Notes: generated by a model not told the origin, from the sequence alone. Shown: positions 13,226-26,400, counted from the stretch's first letter. The stretch is 64,000 nucleotides of DNA from Eledone cirrhosa (GCA_964016885.1 OZ024744.1:112220001-112284000), one strand, 5' to 3'. Made by a program: numbers and translations.

Positions 13226-14234
13226 TGGTAATGTAATTAATTAGATTATAAATATTTATAGAGTGTATATTAGAAAATCCAAGATAAACTAGATGTAAAT
13301 ATAAATTATAAGCTTCACTGTGAAAACAGTGAACAGATGTAAATATATTTTGTTATTCTCCTTGTACTCACACAAATATAAGGATTGTCTTTACATATTT
13401 CACAATTTGTTGACAGTTCATTGGAATACAAATATCCCTCTTCCTCATCCCTTTACTGAGAGAGATCATATCAAACTGCTATTTTTATCAAAAACAAGAA
13501 TTATGTACAAACATGCACACAGATCATTCTAACATGTTTTTCCAATCTAGCATGGGTCGACTACACACACACATATTATAAGTAAGTATGTATGCATGTA
13601 GTAAACATATATTCCTTGTTGAAAATCTTCCCAGACAAAGAATACTATCAAAAACCCCCTTCTATTCTCCAATCACATTTTCCTGTATTTGTGCATTCAC
13701 AAGTTCACCACTGGGGCCTATACAAGAATTCTTTATAGAAACTGTTTTGTAGAAAAACACCTTATCTGCAGAATTGGTTATATAGCAATTTTTACAAATG
13801 TTTACACTTACCTAAACATTGCTAAATGTCTATATATGGAAGCTGTATGTATTATCACCAAGTTGTTTTTAGTGGTGACCTGAATGAACCAGACTGATGT
13901 GTGTATATATGATATTGTCAGCTACCTACCGGATAGCAACGCATACAGAACAGACTCATCTTTGAATAAATATTATTATTCCACTCATCCCAACAGTATT
14001 GAGTACTTTCTTTCATCTAAAATATATGTACCTGTGTTTTGTGAATAGGTAGATAGGTATAGAATATCCCTTCTGTGTGTCGAGAGAGGTGACTAAATTG
14101 TTGTTGACACAAAGGTTATCTGGTCATAAATAATCACAGCCTCAGAAAAACCTGGCCAACCTAGACAAGCTTTAGAAAGTAAACGATGATGATGATGATG
14201 ATGAGTGCTAGTCCTCCCGGCTGTTCCAATTCCA

Positions 14235-14520
14235 ATGACAGGTGTTCCAGTTGTTTGATCAACAGGACAGCCTGCTTGGGAAATTAATATGCAAGTGGCT
14301 AAGCACTCCGCAGGTATGTCTACTGAAGGAGATTCAGTATTGCACAGTGTGTCATAAAGCTGTCCCTTTCAATTAAAGGAACAACTAATTTTTTCCATCT
14401 GAATAGACTGGAGGAATGTGAAATAAAATGTCTTGCTCAAGGACACAATGCACTGTCAAGATTGGAACTCACAACATTATGATCATGATCCAAACACCCT
14501 AATCACTAAGTCACACACCT
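14235..14520 (-). mobile_element. Older tRNA-headed SINE sharing the ccttgagcaagac block with family B
   Basis: Minus-strand head gacttagtgattagg, then gtccttgagcaagacattttatttcacatt; different body, also seen near 33775-33935. Confidence 0.65.
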
Positions 14521-14983
14521 TAATTGGTGGTGGTGATGATGATGACGGATATGGTGGTGGTGGTGGTGGTGGTGGTGGTGGTGGTGGTGTGTGATTGACA
14601 TAAAAGATCAGCTAAACAGTACAGACATTCACTACACATCAACTGTCAGCAGGAGAACACTTTATTTCAGCACCACTAGCATTGACAGGCAATGGTGATT
14701 CTATTAAGGAATGTCCTCAGTGGAGTGGAATAGAGAGGAGTGGAAAGAATGGGATTTAATTCACACCAAACCATGCTGTCCTGTCTCTCATTCTGTCTGT
14801 CATAAAATGACATCAACACATGCAATAAAGGTGCAATTGTATTCATCCTAACACAACCTATCAACTACTATAATGGCTGACTCAATACAGACTGTGGGTT
14901 TTTTCTCCCCAATTTTTTTCTCAAACCCCACCCACGTTCCTTCCTCTTATCACTCTTTACTTTCTATTTATCTTCTATTTCGA

Positions 14984-15018
14984 TTTCTGATGAAGGACTA
15001 GTGTCCAAAACGTTCAGA
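14984..15018 (+). ncRNA. Degenerate minimal hammerhead motif
   Basis: CTGATGA-a-ggac(tagt)gtcc-AAAA-cgttc; GAAA is mutated to AAAA. Confidence 0.45.
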
Positions 15019-15189
15019 CTCTCTTCCTGCTGTTTCAACCGTTAAACTATTATATTTCTTCCATGTACTGTGTCATTTATTTTGGTATTTTAGTTATTTC
15101 TGTTTACCTTTTGCATACATATGGTAGAAAAAAAACTGATATTCTATCAGAGGTATCGTACCGACCTCTACCAACAAGTTCTCAAGGGA

Positions 15190-17680
15190 GATACTTATAC
15201 CAGAATGGTTGACATTAGCACAAATAATTGTTTCTACTTTAGGCACAAGGCCAGCAATTACCCAGTGCATTACTGGTACTTTATTTTATCGACCCTGTAA
15301 GGATGAAAGGACATTAGCACAAATAATACTGGTCCCCAAGAACAAAGACAACCACTTGGCAAAAAACTACCGACCCATTGCATGCCAGAACCTGATGTAT
15401 AAGATGTATACAGCCTGCTTGAACCTATTCCTCAAACATCACTGTGAAAATAAAAACATCATCATAGATGAACAAGCAGCTGGAAAGAAAGGGGTTTGGG
15501 GATGTGCTGAACAACTCATAACCAACAAAACTGTGATGTCGGAGGTGCGACAACTTAGGAGGAATATAGCTATAGTCTGGCTGAACTACAGGAAAGCTTT
15601 TGATTCTGTTCCCCACTCTTGGATGATAGAGGCCCTCCAACTTGCTAAAGTCCCAGACATTATTATTAGAGTCATAGAGAAGCTGTCTTCTTCTTGGGCT
15701 ACTATCCTAAAGTTAAAGACAGAGAAGGAAGACTCTATTTTCACTGATAAAATAGAATACCACAGGGGTATATTTCAAGGAGACAGTCTCTCTATGATAC
15801 TATTTATCCTGTCATTAAACCCCTTGTCCTTTCGGCTCAAGAAATGTTAGGGATACATCATTGGTTCACAGGAGGACAGATATACGAACTTAACCCATAA
15901 TTTCTTTGTGGACGATCTGAAACTCTATGTCAAAAACATAGATGGGATGAAGAAAAATCTTGACCTGGTTACAACGTTCTCAAAGGATATAGGAATGGAG
16001 TTTGACCAAGATAAATGTTCATACATGACTGTAAAATGGGGAAAAACTACAACCCAATCTAGCAATATTTTTATCAATGGCCTAACTGTTTCACCGATAT
16101 CTGATGAGGACTGCTACAGATACCTGGGGATAGATGAGAATATATCCTATAATGATATCTGTAATAAGGAATGCGTAACCAGGGAATATTACACCCGATT
16201 AAGAAAAATATGGTCATCGGAACTCTCCACGCACAATAAAACAGTGGCTCACAATGTGTTTGCTGTGCCTGTCCTAGCACCAACGTTTGGAATACTCAAT
16301 TGGATGATAGATGAAATCTAAGCAATTGATGTGAAAACTAAAAAAAATCCAGAAACTTCCACATCAACAGTGACATAGACAGCCTCTACTTGAAACATAA
16401 GCAGGGAGGCAGAGGCCTAACATCATTCCAGACAGCATTTGTCGTATCATATCCCTCGTATGTCGTATCATATCCCTCCGACAACATTTATGAACCTCAA
16501 AACGTAGGAGCCAGTCTATAGAGCAAGTCTATCTGCATGAGACAGATAAGATCATGAGAATTGGGAAGGAACTCCTTGAAAGATATTCCCTGCGTGAAAA
16601 TCAAAAACTCACACCCAGGGAAGTTGCTCATCTGTACCGCAGTGAATCCATGGATGAAAAACTGCATGCTTATCAGCAAAAAATCATGCATGGATATGTT
16701 GCCAGGAAGCTCCAGAATGAGAGTAATATAGATAAGGAAAGTAGTCTATCCTGGACCAACAACCGCTATACTGGCTCACACTTTGAAGAATACACTTTTG
16801 CAATCCAATAACAGGAAATCCACACGAAATACTTGATTCACAAAAGATAGGGATGCAGGCAAAACACCTAGATGTGACAACAAGTGCAGACTGCAGAATT
16901 AACATCGAAGATATCATCATGGTACTATCAACCTATGAGGCATGATGTAGTGGCCAAATCACTGTACAATGCAGTTCGTAAAAAAGATAGCCCCGATAAT
17001 AAACACATTAAAAGCTACAACAATGTGGAAGACATACATATACATAATATGAAAGAGTACTGGTGGAATGTTCCAGTCAAAACCCCAATAAAATGCAGGC
17101 ATAACAGACCAGATATTATGATATGGGACAGGGAAAAGAAGGCATGCACAGTAGCGGAAATTAGCTACCCAGCAGATGCCAATATAATATCAAAAATTAG
17201 CGAAAAGGAGAATATTTATGCAGAACTAATGAGAAATCTGCTGATACTCCACCCTGATAACACCTTCAGATTTATGCCTGTGATTATTGGGGCACTGGGA
17301 TATGTTAGTAACTGCCTCAATACAAATCTTGAGAAGCTAGGCTTCACAAGAACAGAAAGAACACAACTAGTTAGGAAATTACAAGTACAGTCCATTAATG
17401 GAACAGTAAAAATATGTAAAACATTCCAAAAATGTTGCATCTAATAACTGCATATACACATGTACAAATACTAAGCATATCCACATGCACACATGTAACT
17501 CAAAACATACACATCCACACATACAATAACTTCCATATCTACACATGCATGCATGCAGACAGACATACATATCTACCTAGTTGATGTTGTGTAAATTCCA
17601 ATGAGAGAGTCCTGTATGTATGTTAGAAACCGACTCTCTTTCTATTGGCAAAAATTTATAAAATTATAAAATCAGAACAT
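15190..17680 (+). mobile_element. R4/Dong-like non-LTR retrotransposon (RT plus restriction-like endonuclease), 5'-truncated and inactivated
   Basis: YRPIACQNLMYK, YRKAFDSVPHSW, RGIFQGDSLS, VDDLKL, YRYLG, RHD, RPDI..., VAEISYP, PVIIGALG; stops and frameshifts; ends beside (TACA)n. Confidence 0.92.
15224..15309 (-). mobile_element. 5'-truncated SINE family A inserted in the R4 ORF
   Basis: 18-bp TSD gacattagcacaaataat starting at 15211 and 15310. Confidence 0.88.
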
Positions 17681-17959
17681 ACATACATACATACATACAT
17701 ACATACATACATACATACATACATACACACATATATATATAAGGTTTGCAGCATCTTCACAGACGATTGCTGTCTCTTATTGATTCTTCATTGTCATCCC
17801 ATCTGCGTCCATGACTTCGTAGATGACTTTGTAGGCGAGCTAAAGATCTTCATAGTTTATGACACATGTGATAGAAGAGAGTTGTATTTTCCACAGGACT
17901 GGTGGGGTCACCTTTTGGGACACAATCTTTATCTACCACCCTGTCTTTTTTTAGTCTAT

Positions 17960-18360
17960 GAAGGCACATGGCTTAGTGGTTAGAACATTGGGCTTGCAAT
18001 CAAAAGGTTGTGAGTTCAATTCTGAGACCGGGTGATGTGTTGTTTCCTTGAGCAAGACACTTTATTTCACATTGCTCCAGTTTACTCAGCTGTAGAAATG
18101 AGATGATAGGGACTGGGGTCCCTATCATTCCACTGCAAAGTGGTCGTGGAGGTGCCACGGCAAAAAAGCACCCAGCACTCACTGTAAATGAGGTTGGTGT
18201 TAGGAAGGGCATCCAGCTGTAGAAATCAAGCCAGAATCAGTTCCCGTATGAGCATGACAAGGTCAGCCAACCGTACACTGCCCACAACAGGACAACCCGT
18301 CTAACCCATGCTAGCATGGAAGAACGGACGTAAAACGGTGATGATGATGATGATGATGAA
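17960..18360 (+). mobile_element. SINE family B (alternative RTE-type tail)
   Basis: Same head and body as the other copies; tail aacccatgctagcatggaagaacggacgtaaaac(gat)n. Confidence 0.9.
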
Positions 18361-20470
18361 CTAGTTCTACACACTTTGTAGCATATCACACACGTTGTTT
18401 CGCCAGGTCTTTGTTGAGTGGTGTTGTGGGGGGTAGTTATCCTTTCATGTGACTCCAGGTGATTAACATAACCAGCCTTTGAGAGGAGTACACACTGATA
18501 GAAATTACATGTCCAGCTACTGATGACTTCAGGTGATTAACATAACCAGCCTTTGAGAGGAGTACACACTGGTAGAAATTACATGTCCAGCTACTGATGA
18601 CTTCTGGTGATTAACATAACCAGCCTTTGAGAGGAGTACACACTGGTAGAAATTACATGTCCTACTACTGATGACTTCAGGTGATTAACATAACCAGCCT
18701 TTGAGAGGAGTACACACTGGTAGAAATTACATGTCCAGCTACTGATGACTTCTGGTGATTAACATAACCAGCCTTTGAGAGGAGTACACACTGGTAGAAA
18801 TTACATGTCCTACTACAGATGACTTCAGGTGATTAACATAACCAGACTTTGAGAGGAGTACACACTGGTAGAAATTACATGTCCAGCTACTGATGACTTC
18901 TGGTGATTAACATAACCAGCCTTTGAGAGGAGTACACACTGGTAGAAATTACATGTCCAGCTACTGATGACTTCTGGTGATTAACATAACCAGCCTTTGA
19001 GAAGAGTACACACTGGTAGAAATTACATGTCCTACTACTGATGACTTCAGGTGATTAACATAACCAGCCTTTGAGAAGAGTACACACTGGTAGAAATTAC
19101 ATGTCCAGCTACTGATGACTTCTGGTGATTAACATAACCAGCCTTTGAGAGGAGTACACACTGGTAGAAATTACATGTCCTACTACTGATGACTTAAGGT
19201 GATTAACATAACCAGCCTTTGAGAAGAGTACACACTGGTAGAAATTACATGTCCAGCTACTGATGACTTCTGGTGATTAACATAACCAGCCTTTGAGAGG
19301 AGTACACACTGGTAGAAATTACATGTCCTACTACTGATGACTTCAGGTGATTAACATAACCAGCCTTTGAGAAGAGTACACACTGGTAGAAATTACATGT
19401 CCAGCTACTGATGACTTCTGGTGATTAACATAGCCAGCCTTTGAGAGGAGTACACACTGGTAGAAATTACATGTCCAACTACTGGTGACTTCAGGTGATT
19501 AACATAGCCAGCCTTTGAGAGGAGTACACACTGGTAGAAATAACATGTCCAACTACTGGTGACTTCAGGTGATTAACTTAACCAGCCTTTGAGAGGAGTA
19601 CACACTGGTAGAAATTACATGTCCAGCTACTGATGACTTCAAGTGATTAACATAACCAGCCTTTGAGAGGAGTACACACTGGTAGAAATAACATGTCCAG
19701 CTACTGATGACTCCAGGTGATTAACATAACCAGCCATTGAGAGGAGTACACACTGGTAGAAATTACATGTCCAGCTACTGATGACTCCAGGTGATTAACA
19801 TAACCAGCCTTTGAGAGGAGTACACACTGGTAGAAATTACATGTCCAGCTACTGATGACTCCAGGTGATTAACATAACCAGCCTTTGAGAGGAGTACACA
19901 CTGGTAGAAATTACATGTCCAGCTACTGATGACTCCAGGTGATTAACATAACCAGCCTTTGAGAGGAGTACACACTGGTAGAAATTACATGTCCAGCTAC
20001 TGATGACTTCAGGTGATTAACATAACCAGCCTTTGAGAAGAGTACACACTGGTAGAAATTACATGTCCAACTACTGATGACTTACTGGTGACTAACTGGT
20101 GACTAACCAGCCTTGGAGAGGAGTACACACTGGTAGAAATTACATGTCCAGCTACTGATGACTTCAGGTGATTAACATAACCAGCCTTTGAGAGGAGTAC
20201 ACACTGGTAGAAATTACATGTCCAGCTACTGATGACTTCTGGTGATTAACATAACCAGCCTTTGAGAGGAGTACACACTGGTAGAAATTACATGTCCAAC
20301 TACTGATGACTTCATCTAGACTGTGACCACAGCCCTTCCGGAGCTGACACTTCAGTTGTCTATGTTCTAGACGACATTCCTCACAAGTTTTGTAACTGCC
20401 CTTTATGCGCTTTCTCTCCTCAGCCCTATTTAGAGCTATCTCCTCACAGTTGTCTATATCAAATGCCATG
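18360..20470 (-). mobile_element. RTE (BovB-like) C-terminal fragment interrupted by minisatellite expansion
   Basis: DIDNCEEIALNR....R...K..LRKG, then WTCNFYQCVLLSKAGYVNH, and beyond the array TTCVICYKVCRTSS (C2H2-like motifs). Confidence 0.7.
18451..20313. repeat. 74-bp minisatellite, about 25 copies
   Basis: Unit gacttcaggtgattaacataaccagcctttgagaggagtacacactggtagaaattacatgtccagctactgat; period 18525 to 18599. Confidence 0.97.
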
Positions 20471-20970
20471 CATACATACGCAATATTGTAGTTCAGGAAT
20501 GTATGTCAGGAAGGATAAAAGGATAAAGATCCAATAACTCCTTGTGGCGTCGAAGAGGCACCGTGAAACGGCATGTCTAGCACACTTTTAAACCTGCAGA
20601 GGCCAACCGTCTCCAGGGTTGAACACAGCCGATTTTTTTCTAAAGTGAATTTTCTCTATAGAAGAAGAATCAACCCCAGTACGGGACTGGTACTTTTTTT
20701 TATCGACCTTGAAAGGATCTCAGGAGGAAGAAATAATAAAAAAGAGGAAGAAAGAGAAATTAAAAGAGTAATAGAGAGCGATTAGGAGAGAGGAAGAAAG
20801 AGGCTGCTAGAGAAAGAGAGAGGAAGAGAAAGATAGAAAGAGTGGAGAACTGAAGGGGTAGGGAGTATCTGTCTGTTAATGGTGATATAATAGTTTTCTC
20901 CCAACAGAGAGAATAAAGAATTCCATGGTAGGTACCACAGGTCTGAAGAAAGCGAGGGAGATTGATGGAA

Positions 20971-21146
20971 ATAATTGTTTCTACTTTAGGCACAAGGCCA
21001 GCAATTACTGGTACTTTATTTTATCGACCCCCGTAAGGATGAAAGGCAAAGTCAACCTCGGCGGGATTTGAACTCAGATCGTAAAGGGACGTAATTATGC
21101 TGGAAAGCATGGCGTCCGACCCTCTACCGATACTGCCAATCCACCG
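20971..21146 (-). mobile_element. SINE family A with TSD gatggaaataat
   Basis: Family similarity and flanking duplication. Confidence 0.88.
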
Positions 21147-21954
21147 ATGGAAATAATGATAGTTTTTAATTTAAGCACAAGGCCAGCAATTTACATTGAC
21201 CCAAGTAGTTAACTGGGACTTAGTTTTATACAACTCCAGAAGGGTGAAAGGCAAAGTTGACCTCAGATTTGAACAATGTGTAACAATGTCCGACACTCTA
21301 CTGATTCTGCCAAGAAAGTCAACAGACTAAACAGTACAAGAGAGAACAAATTTCTCCAAGTGAAGAACATCCTGTCTGATGTTTCAGGCATCATCTTCTT
21401 TGTTCATCATCATCATCATCATCATTTTACGTCCACTTTTCCCTGCTTGCAAGGGTGGGACGGGTCCTTGTCGTGGTCCTTTATTCCTTCTCAGCACGAC
21501 AATAAATCGTATACCTCAATAGATGTGTCTGAGGTCTCATGACTTGACTTGCATCATAATGCGACAAGTTTATCTAACCCATGCTAGCATGGAAAATGGT
21601 CGTTAACCGCTGATGATGATGATTATATGTACATGTGTGCGTTTATGTGTGTGTGTGTGTGTGCATGCATGCGTGTCCATGTTCAAGTGTTTGCGTAGGA
21701 TCAAAGATATTTGAGATGTATGAAGTAGAGTTTGGAAGTATTTGAAGCTAGAAAGTACAGGAAGATGGATTGTTGGAGACAAAACCAATATGTTGACTTA
21801 TCCTCAACTTGATGCACGCACAATAGTTAATAAACATATAGATGAGGGAGAGGGGGTGATGAGGAGACAGGAGTGTGAGAGAAGATAGTGATGATGGGGA
21901 TGGTAGAGAGAGGTAGTAAGAAAAGGTATTCCCCCCCCCCCCCCCTCTCTCTCT

Positions 21955-22686
21955 CGTAGATTAGAAAGAAATGAAACCTGCATGCTCCGATGGATGTGTA
22001 ATATTAATATACGCGAACGGCAAAGTATAAATGAATTGAGAGAGAGACTAGGCATAAGAGAAATCAAATGCTGTGATGCTGTGTGCAGGAGAGGAGATTA
22101 CGTTGGTATGGACATGTGATGCATATGAAGGATGACAGCTGCATAAAAAGGTGCAGAGTACTAAAAGTCAATGGTAGCCATGGAGTGGGGGAGACCCAAG
22201 AAGACCTGGAACGAGGTGATAAAAGCAGACCTTGCCGAATTTCACCTCTCAACGGTGATGACACACGATCATGACTTCTGGCATCATGCAGTAATACAGA
22301 AGCCCCAACTTCCCATGGGTACAAGCCGAAGCTGAAGCATATAGACAATATGCCCCATTCCCTCCTACTGTAAAGTGGTCGTGGAAGTGTCACAACAAAA
22401 AAAAAATCACCCAGCCCACACTGTAAAGTGGTTGTGTAGGCACCATGGCAAAAATGCACCCAGCTCACACTGTAAAGTGGTTGTGTAGGCGCCACAAAAA
22501 AAAAAAAGCACTCAGTACTCACTGTAAATGAGGTTGGTGTTAGAAAGGGCATCCAACTGTAGAAATCAAGCCAAAACCAGTCCTGCATGAGCAAGATATG
22601 GTCACCTGAACTAGCATTGCCCACAACAGGACAACTCATCTAAGCAATGTTAGCATGGAAAATGGATGTAAAACGGTGATGATGAT
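21955..22686 (+). mobile_element. RTE 3' ORF fragment joined to SINE-B-like 3' half
   Basis: ERRLRWYGHVMHM...; then 3-4 copies of a ~42-bp unit, the ggttggtgttagaaagggcatcc block and a (GAT)n tail. Confidence 0.8.
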
Positions 22687-22850
22687 ATATATATATATAT
22701 GTATATCAAACATTTATATGGTTCATTGATTATTCAACGAATACAATTTTACAACAGATTAGAAGCACTCGACAGATATTTTCCTGGAGTATTTAATATT
22801 ATTCAAAATATTAATAAATGAAAAATATTCTCATAATCAAAATATATATT

Positions 22851-22905
22851 TTATTATACATATTTCAAAGGTACAATGGTGTTTAAGTACGTTTTCATCA
22901 GATAA
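22851..22905 (-). ncRNA. Type I hammerhead motif, intact core
   Basis: Minus strand ttat-CTGATGA-aaacgtac...gtaccttt-GAAA-tatgta-TA-ataa. Confidence 0.65.
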
Positions 22906-23012
22906 TAAAATATATAAGATTGGGTATGCGACATACTGCTGCGGTTTTGATTATTCAATTCCAATAGTGGCAGTAATTTATTTCACCAACCCTCAACGTT
23001 TTTATACCACAA

Positions 23013-23122
23013 ATAATTGTTTCTACTTTAGGCACGAGGAGGCCAGCAATTACCCAGTGTATTACTGGTACTTTATTTTATCGACTCCGTAAGGATGAAA
23101 GGCAAAGTTAACCTCGGCGGGA
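23013..23122 (-). mobile_element. 5'-truncated SINE family A with 18-bp TSD
   Basis: TSD ttttataccacaaataat on both sides. Confidence 0.88.
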
Positions 23123-23971
23123 TTTTATACCACAAATAATATGATAAACTTAGAGAAGAAGAGGACGTAGAGCAAGGTAGAAATATAGAAGGGGAGTTGA
23201 GATGGAAAGATGCAAAGAAAAAGAAGGGAAATAAACAAATAAATAAATATAAATAAATAAATAAATTAATAAATAAATGAATAAAAGAAAGAAAAAAAAA
23301 ATATATATATATCAGCTAAGACTGTGGTGGCCATTTTGTTACCCTGGTTTCTGCATTTGAGGATGTGTTTGCAGAAGTAAGAGGAGTTGGTGTTAACATG
23401 TTCTTTTATACTGAGATGTAATTGTCAAATAGGGTTGCATATATAGAATAGATTGCACTTGTACCGCGTAGGTACTTAGGCAACAATTAGTGTTGCGGAT
23501 AGGACAATTAGCTAGGGTGCATCCGTTATCCTCATACATCTACCACTAAGCACACTTACACTCACGCACACACATACATACATACATACATCATACACAC
23601 ATACATACTTCTACCACTAAGCACACCTACATTCATGCACACAAATGCATAAATCAGACACTTATTTCCACACATATTTCACAACACAACACACTCAAAA
23701 TTTTAATGTCTTTCCCTTACATTTAAATTATATTCTGCCAGACAAACAACTCATCTCCGACTGGTCCTTTAAGACCTTCACACAGATCCTCCCATGATAA
23801 TGGGTTTTTAAGCCCAAAAATATTTGGGATAATTAAATTCGCTAAGGTAAGATTCTATCACTATCTTAGCACCTTTAATTTTTCAATGCATTGCATGGCT
23901 TTTAAACTTATTAAAATTTATATTTCCTATTCAACAATGCTTCAAGTAAACTACAACACTGTTATATAATA

Positions 23972-24340
23972 GAGGCACATGGCTTAGTGGTTAGAGCATT
24001 GGCCTTGCAATCGAAAGGTTGTGAGTTCAATTCTCAGACCAGGTGATGTGTTGTTTCCTTGAGCAAGACACTTTATTTCACATTGCTCCAGTTTACTTAG
24101 CTGTCGAAATGAGATGATAGGGACTGGGGTCCCTATCATTCCACTGCAAAGTGGTCGTGGAGGTGCCACGGCAAAAAAGCATGCAGCCCACACTGTAAAG
24201 TGGACATGTAGGCACCACGGAAAAAAAGCACCCAGCACTCACTGTAAATGAGGTTGGTATTAGGAAGGGCATCCAGCTGTAGAAATCAACCTAGAATCAG
24301 TTCCCGTCCCACGCGGACGTAAAATGATGATGATGATATA
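23972..24340 (+). mobile_element. SINE family B
   Basis: Family similarity; extra internal ~42-bp unit. Confidence 0.9.
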
Positions 24341-24549
24341 TATATATTATATATATATTATCCAGTTGATGAAAGTTGGTTGATCAAATAATCTGCCGAT
24401 TTTTTTTGTAAACCTATGTTAAGCACTCTACGGTTTGTATTCCTTATGATTTTCTCTGTAAAGTATCAACTGGAGTTTTAGTACTGGACAACAATGTGAA
24501 CACCATGTGAAACCCGTAACATATCAATAGATAGGAAAATACATCTTAC

Positions 24550-24600
24550 TCCATCTGATGGAAACATGCCAGGGGGTTATATTGAAATACGTATAATGGA
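24550..24600 (+). ncRNA. Hammerhead motif with one core substitution
   Basis: tccat-CTGATGG-...-GAAA-tacgta-TA-atgga, then AATAAA; lies in a ~300-bp piece bounded by (TA)n. Confidence 0.6.
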
Positions 24601-25087
24601 ATTAAGTAATAAAATGAAGAGATACAAGTAAAACTGTTTCTCTTATTTATTATATATATATGAACATATGGGTAGCCTTGCTGCCAAAGAGAAATATTTT
24701 TTTGTATTGAAACAAAACAACAGAAATTACATTTTTCTCAATTTTCCTCTTCTTTCATCAGTGACACACACTCAAAACATATTGGCATTGCATAGACTAT
24801 AGTCTATATACAATTTTGCGTGCATTCAAGCAACTAGAGACCCTGTGCTAGAGAACATTTGGTGTCCCCTGCTCATAAGAAAGGTAATGGGCATTAGACC
24901 TTCATATAGATTGGTGTTCAGATATCAGCATTGAAACATGCGCCATCTAAAACAGGGGTGACACCTAAATAAACAGATATGTGTTTAATAACAATTATAA
25001 TATTATTGTTCATTGCAGTCCTCTTAAACCATAAATAAATCTGGTAGATTGTGTGTGTGTGTACATATATATATATATGTGTGTGTG

Positions 25088-26400
25088 TTCAACTGGCAAA
25101 ATGTCTATCCCTAAATATAACTATATATATATATATATATAGTTATATTTAGGGATAGACATTTTGCCAGTTGAATATAACTTTCACTTTATCAATATTT
25201 TTCCGTCAAAGCTCTTTCATCACTCCAATCTGTGACCTCCTAAATGACTATCGATTTTTTGTCTCACTTCTTTTTCTGTTGGTCTTACACTTCTATTTCA
25301 TTTTGTTATGCCATTAGAGGCGAACTAGCGTATCGTTTTAGAAGAGTTTTAGACAAACTGAACCTTAGGATTAAAGTAGTGAAAAAACGAGGAGCTACCA
25401 TAAAATCCTGGATCAGTAGGACATACCCCTTTAGGAAACGTCCTGTACTGATAGAAACTGTACAGTCTGTAAGATAAGCCTTCAGATAAACTGAATAATA
25501 AAAAATATAGTCTATAGGATAAAATGTACAGAGAGACGGTGTAGAAACAAGATGATATACATAGGAAAGACAACCTGTAGCATAGGAGAGAGATTAAAGG
25601 AATACTGGCAAGAACTTAAGAAGGAGAAAAGCTCATAAGGGTTGTACCAACATGCCAAACTAGAACATGAAGGCTCAATAGATAACATAGAAATAAATAT
25701 CTTAACAACACATAGAACTGACACAACACTCAGATAAACTACGGAGGCCTCTTATATAATTGTTTCTACTTTTGGCACAAGGCCAGCAATTACCCTCCAG
25801 TGCATTACTGGTACTTTATTTTATCGACCCTGTAAGGATGAAAGGCAAAGTTAACCTCGGCGGGATTTGAACTCAGAATGGCAAGGGCCGTAAATCTATG
25901 CGTCAAAGCATGACGTCCGACCCTCTACCGATACTGCCAATCCACCGCCCTCTCATATAATAGAAGATAGTCCTAACCTGAACAGAAAACATGAGTGGAA
26001 GAGTAACAGCCCCCAACTTAATGACTGAAGACAGGTTAGAAAAAGAGAGGGAAGAAGAAAAAAGACACAAACAGACAAAACAGCTGACAATAAAAACACA
26101 CACAAACTTAAAACACATGACGAATACAAAAGTGCTGACGCAAAGGCGTGCACAAACATGAAACAAGAAAAACGCACCACAAAACGAAATGACAGCATAA
26201 CAATAAAATGAAAGAAGTGTAAGACCAGAAAAAGAAGAGACATAAAAAAAAAATCGATAGTCATTGTGGAGGTCACAAATTGGTGTGATGAAAGAGCTTT
26301 GATGGAACAATAAAGATAAAGTGAAAGTTATATGGTGCATGTGTTCAACTGGCAAAATGACCCTCCCTAAATATAACGATATCGGTTTCAACACACGATT
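25088..26400 (+). mobile_element. 5'-truncated Penelope-like (Naiad-like) element: GIY-YIG fragment, 3' pLTR and inverted pLTR copy at the 5' side
   Basis: KVVKKRGATIK...C TDRN C TV C...NIVYRIKC...C...IYIGKT...ERLKE...LYQH...LNRKHEW. 25140-25311 is an inverted copy of about 26195-26378. Degenerate hammerhead near 26270-26306. Confidence 0.82.
25756..25950 (-). mobile_element. SINE family A inserted in the GIY-YIG frame
   Basis: Imperfect TSD cctcttatataat / cctctcatataat. Confidence 0.88.

Noticed and set aside
13891-13962. Additional hammerhead
   Set aside because: Core too degenerate (CTGATGT, no GAAA) to call, despite downstream AATAAA and GAGTACT.
17960-18035. tRNA genes
   Set aside because: A and B boxes belong to SINE heads; no complete cloverleaf seen.
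18451-20313. Tandem hammerhead satellite (each unit has CTGATGA, GAAA and GTC on the plus strand)
   Set aside because: Stems I and II do not pair next to the core, and the unit is explained as antisense RTE coding sequence.
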